DNA of 63,208 nucleotides, filler included, from an uncultured Methanosarcinales archaeon (GTDB lineage Archaea; Nanobdellota; Nanobdellia; Woesearchaeales; JACPBV01), in the NCBI GenBank assembly GCA_964492935.1. It is 3 parts of 3 records of this genome, joined end to end, with 100 filler letters (N's around TTAATTAATTAA, not from the genome) between each part and the next. Parts side by side here need not be neighbours in the genome. Positions count along the whole stretch, not along the records: positions 30,733 to 59,978 come from CAZBLF010000013.1; positions 60,079 to 63,208 come from CAZBLF010000048.1; 1 more part is not named here. The stretch is one strand, 5' to 3'. The notes below the pieces were generated by a model. It did no database searches. It was given only the letters and a program-made list of their open reading frames with translations, and was not told where the DNA came from. Below are positions 59,140 through 63,208 of this stretch, piece after piece. Both the position numbers and the translations under genes were made by a program. Numbering within the stretch: position 1 is the first letter of the stretch; each line of letters opens with the position of its first letter.

Positions 59140-59978
59140 TTATGATAGTAGAGGATTATGGCTCCAGGTGCATGCCGCATCTGCTTTCAGCCAATATCCT
59201 CTGGTGGGATCCATTGCATTGAGTCCCTGGGTGGAGAACCACCCAAAACCAGCTGCTAACGTAGCTTGTTCATAACTTGATGTATCAGTGTTAAATCTAA
59301 ATAACTTGGAAACGCAATTGGCTACATTCGAAGGAAACGAATTCAAGGATAACGTCTCAGCCCGAGTATTATACCATCCTACTAAATTAAACCCAGCCTC
59401 CAATGAGATTTCTAGCGAATCAGCCTGATGACCATGCACCGTCAACGTACAATCCTCCGTCGCCTTCGCCCAATAACCACGTCCACCCTCTAAAGCCGTA
59501 AAGCCTTGGCCGGAAAACCATCCAAAACCATCAACAAACGTCGCTGACTGGTATTGACCAGCCGCTGAATCATATCTAAACAGTTTCGTCAAACAACCAT
59601 CTACACTCGTCTCAAAAATACTAGCATTAGCAACAAAATCGACCCCATCCATCTCCAACGGAACCGATATCAACGTAAATCCTGAAGCCAAATCGATAGT
59701 TGCATCAAAATCTAATGAACCGGCAACCTCGCCGCCACCGGTAGACTCATCAAAAACCACACTCACACTTGTAGCCTCGCCATCCACAATCAAATCTGCC
59801 GACTCACCATTGTTAGGCCCTTCAACACAATAATTGGAAGCACTCGAATCAGTAGAACACGTAATGCATGGATCGTGACTTGCACAGGTAGGATCATCCA
59901 AAAACGTCAAATCATTATCACTCATCACAATAACCGAATAGAAATTACCCGAAGTAAAGCCTTGGCCGTACTGAATAC
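59140..59978 (-). CDS. Surface protein, C-terminal part, with two G(F/W)NL...GRGYW modules; truncated by contig end
   Basis: Frame open to the gap; module shared with the giant protein. Confidence 0.75.
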
Positions 59979-60078
59979 NNNNNNNNNNNNNNNNNNNNNN
60001 NNNNNNNNNNNNNNNNNNNNNNTTAATTAATTAANNNNNNNNNNNNNNNNNNNNNNNNNNNNNNNNNNNNNNNNNNNN
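59979..60078. other. Artificial contig linker
   Basis: 44 N + TTAATTAATTAA + 44 N. Confidence 0.97.
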
Positions 60079-61065
60079 AAAATCATGCCTAATTACTTTT
60101 CCAGCTTTACTCTTTTTTATATCTATCGATTCAAATTCATTGGACATTCGTTTCTGCTGTGTCCTAATCTCATCCGTTAACTCATGATAATGTTTTCGCA
60201 CCTTCTGATGACGTGCCCCTAAACCAAGTGCCAAAGCACCTCTCGAAAACCGACTCAAATGGCTATGCAATCTCCCCTTCACCGTCAACGCATGCTCAAA
60301 AATAAGTTCAATATCCTTAGCCTCAATCTCCACCAACTTGAACAACTGCTTTTCATCCTCTCCATCCAACTTCCCTTTTTTCCGCAAGATCTTTCGCAAC
60401 GCCTTTACTTTGCGAGCAATTCCCTTCACCGCCTGATCGACCTCAATCGCCTCACGCCGTATTAACGTAACTAATCCATAATTAGTGCGCACCGACATCC
60501 GCTCCTTGATGTACGCAGGACTCAAGACATCTCTCTTTTGCGCCTTACCTATGTTATCAAGCCCATGAATCTTCTCAGCAACCTTCTCAATATGTTCGAC
60601 CGTCTCCGCTAACGCATCCAGATACGCCTCATATCGACTATTATCTTTTTCCAACAAACCCTCATCCTTCTTAACCGTACGTCCCAGACGCTTCACCTTT
60701 GCCTTTCGAGCTTTCGCCTGTCCCATCAACTTCTCAAGCTTCGCTCCATCCTTCGACAAATTTCGCTTATCTTTATCAACTCTTTTCAACAACCAAGCAC
60801 AAGCCCCCTGAACTTTCTTCCCAAACGTCATCAACGTTTTCTCCTCTCGGTACAATAAAGAACTGGTAGAAAAAATAATCAAATCCAAAAAATCCAACAT
60901 CAGATCAATATGAGTCAGGTACACGCCACCCTCTTTCTGCGTCATCTCTTCCGAAACACTAGGAAGCTCCTCCTCCAATCTCCGTATCCCTACCGCACCT
61001 CGAACAATGTTGTTACAAAAAATCTCAGAAAATTTAGGATTCCATTTGTAGCGGAATACCATCAC
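60079..61065 (-). CDS. Basic coiled-coil-like hypothetical protein, truncated by contig end
   Basis: Long charged helical ORF; 4-nt overlap with upstream gene. Confidence 0.7.
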
Positions 61066-61457
61066 ATCTCCATAGCAAAGGTAGCGACCATCAAAAAGCC
61101 ACCCAAGATAATGAAAATGACGTTAAAGATAATCCCAGAAACAAAATCCATAGCAAAAATTCCAGAAACCTTACCAAACTGACCGAGCACCTTCATAATC
61201 CCAATGGTAGTAATAACTGCAGCCACTCCAAACGAAATCCAGCCCACAATGTTGGAGTTAGTAATCTCGATAACCGAATTAATGATTAAATAAAAACCTC
61301 CAACAGCAACCACCCACGACAACAACGCAATCGGCAAGTTAAAGGCAAACCATCCTGGACCAACTCCCCAAGTAGAAAGTAACGGCAAAGCACCCATCAG
61401 AAAAATCAGCGTGCCAACAGCACCACTAACCCAATCCTTCATGTCCATTAATGCCAT
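61062..61457 (-). CDS. Four-TM membrane protein
   Basis: Four hydrophobic segments. Confidence 0.75.
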   Translation of the reverse strand: MALMDMKDWVSGAVGTLIFLMGALPLLSTWGVGPGWFAFNLPIALLSWVVAVGGFYLIINSVIEITNSNIVGWISFGVAAVITTIGIMKVLGQFGKVSGIFAMDFVSGIIFNVIFIILGGFLMVATFAMEM

Positions 61458-61470
61458 CTAAAACCCTTTT

Positions 61471-62514
61471 TTACTTATTCTTGCTTGAAAGCTGCAAGAG
61501 AAATTTCTGTAAATTGTCAACATGAGCCTGAATATGTTTTTTATCTTTCTGCAATTCCTCGATAGAGGTCTTCCCCATCATTTCAGGAATGCCATGATCC
61601 ACTAGCAGCTGATGATCAGTTGCATCGTCGCTATTCAGCATCTCCACAATAGCGCGAATCAGTAACAAATCAAAAATGAAAATTTTGTAGGTGTGCTTAA
61701 TAATCTTTTCAGAATGTTCAAAGAGTTCCTTCCATTCTTTTAAGACATCCTTTTCTATCTCCCCTTCCTTTTTCAGAAGTTTAGCCACCATCTTGTCGAC
61801 TTTCCTGCCATGGCCTTGAGATACTTTCAGAAGTTTATCATGAAGACCTATGCTTATTTTCGCCCGAGTCTTCAAATCCTTCTCATTTTTTTCAACGGAA
61901 AAAATCTCTCTACGTAACCCTCGGATAGCTCCCCACCGCAGATTCATCAATTGAACAAAGCCAGTAGGATCTTTCTTAAACGTTAAACCCACAGCAGTTT
62001 TACCCTCCATCACCGCCTGGATATTGAGCGTGCCCTTCCATTCTCCCTTGATTTCATCATGGACCTGGTGACTAAGAATTCTTCTTCGCTCAGCCACATA
62101 CTCATCAAGGTGATGTTCTTGCTCCAACAGTTTATCTGCTTGCTCATGAACTTTTTTACTTCCTATCTTCGTAAAAACGGCCTTAAGTTTAGCATTATCC
62201 TGACCATAGACCCGGTGGATGAGTCTCCCAAGCATTCTCTGCTTATTAAGCTCCATCCGTTCGAGAACAAGATTTCTAAAACCAAATTTATACGAATGGA
62301 TATCTGCACCATCGTATTCCTCCTGCATACTGGTAAAATCCTTTTGAATACGTTCAATATCGTGATCGTGAATGTCCTTTTTTAATGATGCATGATCATC
62401 GTGCAACCCCCCAACATCTTTCTGGAGGTGTTTATACTCAAGAACCATGGCCATGTACGTAAAAGTAGGACTAACTTCACGTTTCGCTAACCAACCTCCA
62501 AAGTTTTCTGGCAT
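61471..62514 (-). CDS. Charged helical hypothetical protein
   Basis: Long ORF; start MPEN downstream of TTTATATA. Confidence 0.7.
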   Translation of the reverse strand: MPENFGGWLAKREVSPTFTYMAMVLEYKHLQKDVGGLHDDHASLKKDIHDHDIERIQKDFTSMQEEYDGADIHSYKFGFRNLVLERMELNKQRMLGRLIHRVYGQDNAKLKAVFTKIGSKKVHEQADKLLEQEHHLDEYVAERRRILSHQVHDEIKGEWKGTLNIQAVMEGKTAVGLTFKKDPTGFVQLMNLRWGAIRGLRREIFSVEKNEKDLKTRAKISIGLHDKLLKVSQGHGRKVDKMVAKLLKKEGEIEKDVLKEWKELFEHSEKIIKHTYKIFIFDLLLIRAIVEMLNSDDATDHQLLVDHGIPEMMGKTSIEELQKDKKHIQAHVDNLQKFLLQLSSKNK

Positions 62515-62712
62515 AGTATTCCCTGTATCTACAATTAATGAATACAAACCAAGAATCAAAATATATAAACCTTTTGTTTTTGGTCTTTATTTCGAAGGAG
62601 TGAAAGCGACAATTAGAGAAACAGCTTCGGCTAAATGAGGTAGTGCAAACCCAGTGAATGCAAAACAGAGATATCAACAAAAAAGAAATAATAAAATGCC
62701 CTTACAGGCAGA

Positions 62713-63208
62713 TTATAGGGTTTTCAGCTTTTCAGCTACAGCCTTATACTCAACATTAGCTGCCTTGAACTTGCCGCCACGAGCATCAAGTACACCGCGA
62801 AGCACTCTCTCAGCTTCTTGATAGTTATCTTTTTTGGTCGCAACATTAGCCACGCTGTCTCCCTGACTGACTAGAAATCTTGAATATTCCAGTCCTTCAA
62901 GTGCATTTTGTTCAAGTGTACTGTCAAATAAGGTCATGCCTTTAAGTAATGCTACCGTTGGCGTAATTTCATCAGAGGTTACTACCTCAGCATCAAACAA
63001 ACTTTGAGCATAGTCGTATTGAAGTAATACGTGAGCAATATCTTCTCGATCCTTTGCAAACGTTCTGAGACTTTCAACTGCCTTTGCTCTTCCCCGATAG
63101 TCAACATCAACATCGTTGAGCGTAGCAATTGACGTCTCATAACTAGCTTCTTTACGCTTATCTAAAGCGTTTTTAATTCCAAGACCTGCTAGCACACCAC
63201 CCAATCCG
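62713..63208 (-). CDS. Hypothetical protein, 5' end outside window
   Basis: Open frame running to the window edge. Confidence 0.55.
   Translation of the reverse strand, partial: GLGGVLAGLGIKNALDKRKEASYETSIATLNDVDVDYRGRAKAVESLRTFAKDREDIAHVLLQYDYAQSLFDAEVVTSDEITPTVALLKGMTLFDSTLEQNALEGLEYSRFLVSQGDSVANVATKKDNYQEAERVLRGVLDARGGKFKAANVEYKAVAEKLKTL

Overview
Archaeal DNA, very probably a DPANN/Woesearchaeota-like assembled genome. Evidence: fused PriS-PriL primase, PCNA, RFC, Hef, Elp3, RtcA, TATA-box promoters close to start codons, and an intron-containing tRNA. The window is three contigs (1-30632, 30733-59978, 60079-63208) joined by artificial 100-nt N/TTAATTAATTAA linkers, so adjacency across the linkers is not biological. 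It contains a surface-protein/putative pilus cluster divergent from a type II/IV secretion ATPase and its membrane platform, core information-processing genes, a MazEF-like module, 2-oxoacid dehydrogenase genes, ilvD/leuCD, and a 2389-aa Ig-repeat surface protein. Three observations stand out. (1) Two copies of an unannotated 134-156 nt fold-back element share conserved ends, and each is flanked by its own direct repeat and sits immediately upstream of a BRE/TATA promoter. (2) A tRNA-Phe has two introns, and the anticodon intron looks like a miniature box C/D guide aimed at its own U39. (3) A candidate donor-strand-type filament cluster carries two unannotated 50-aa ribbon-helix-helix regulators with palindromic operators. 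All family assignments come from motif recognition by eye; no searches were run.
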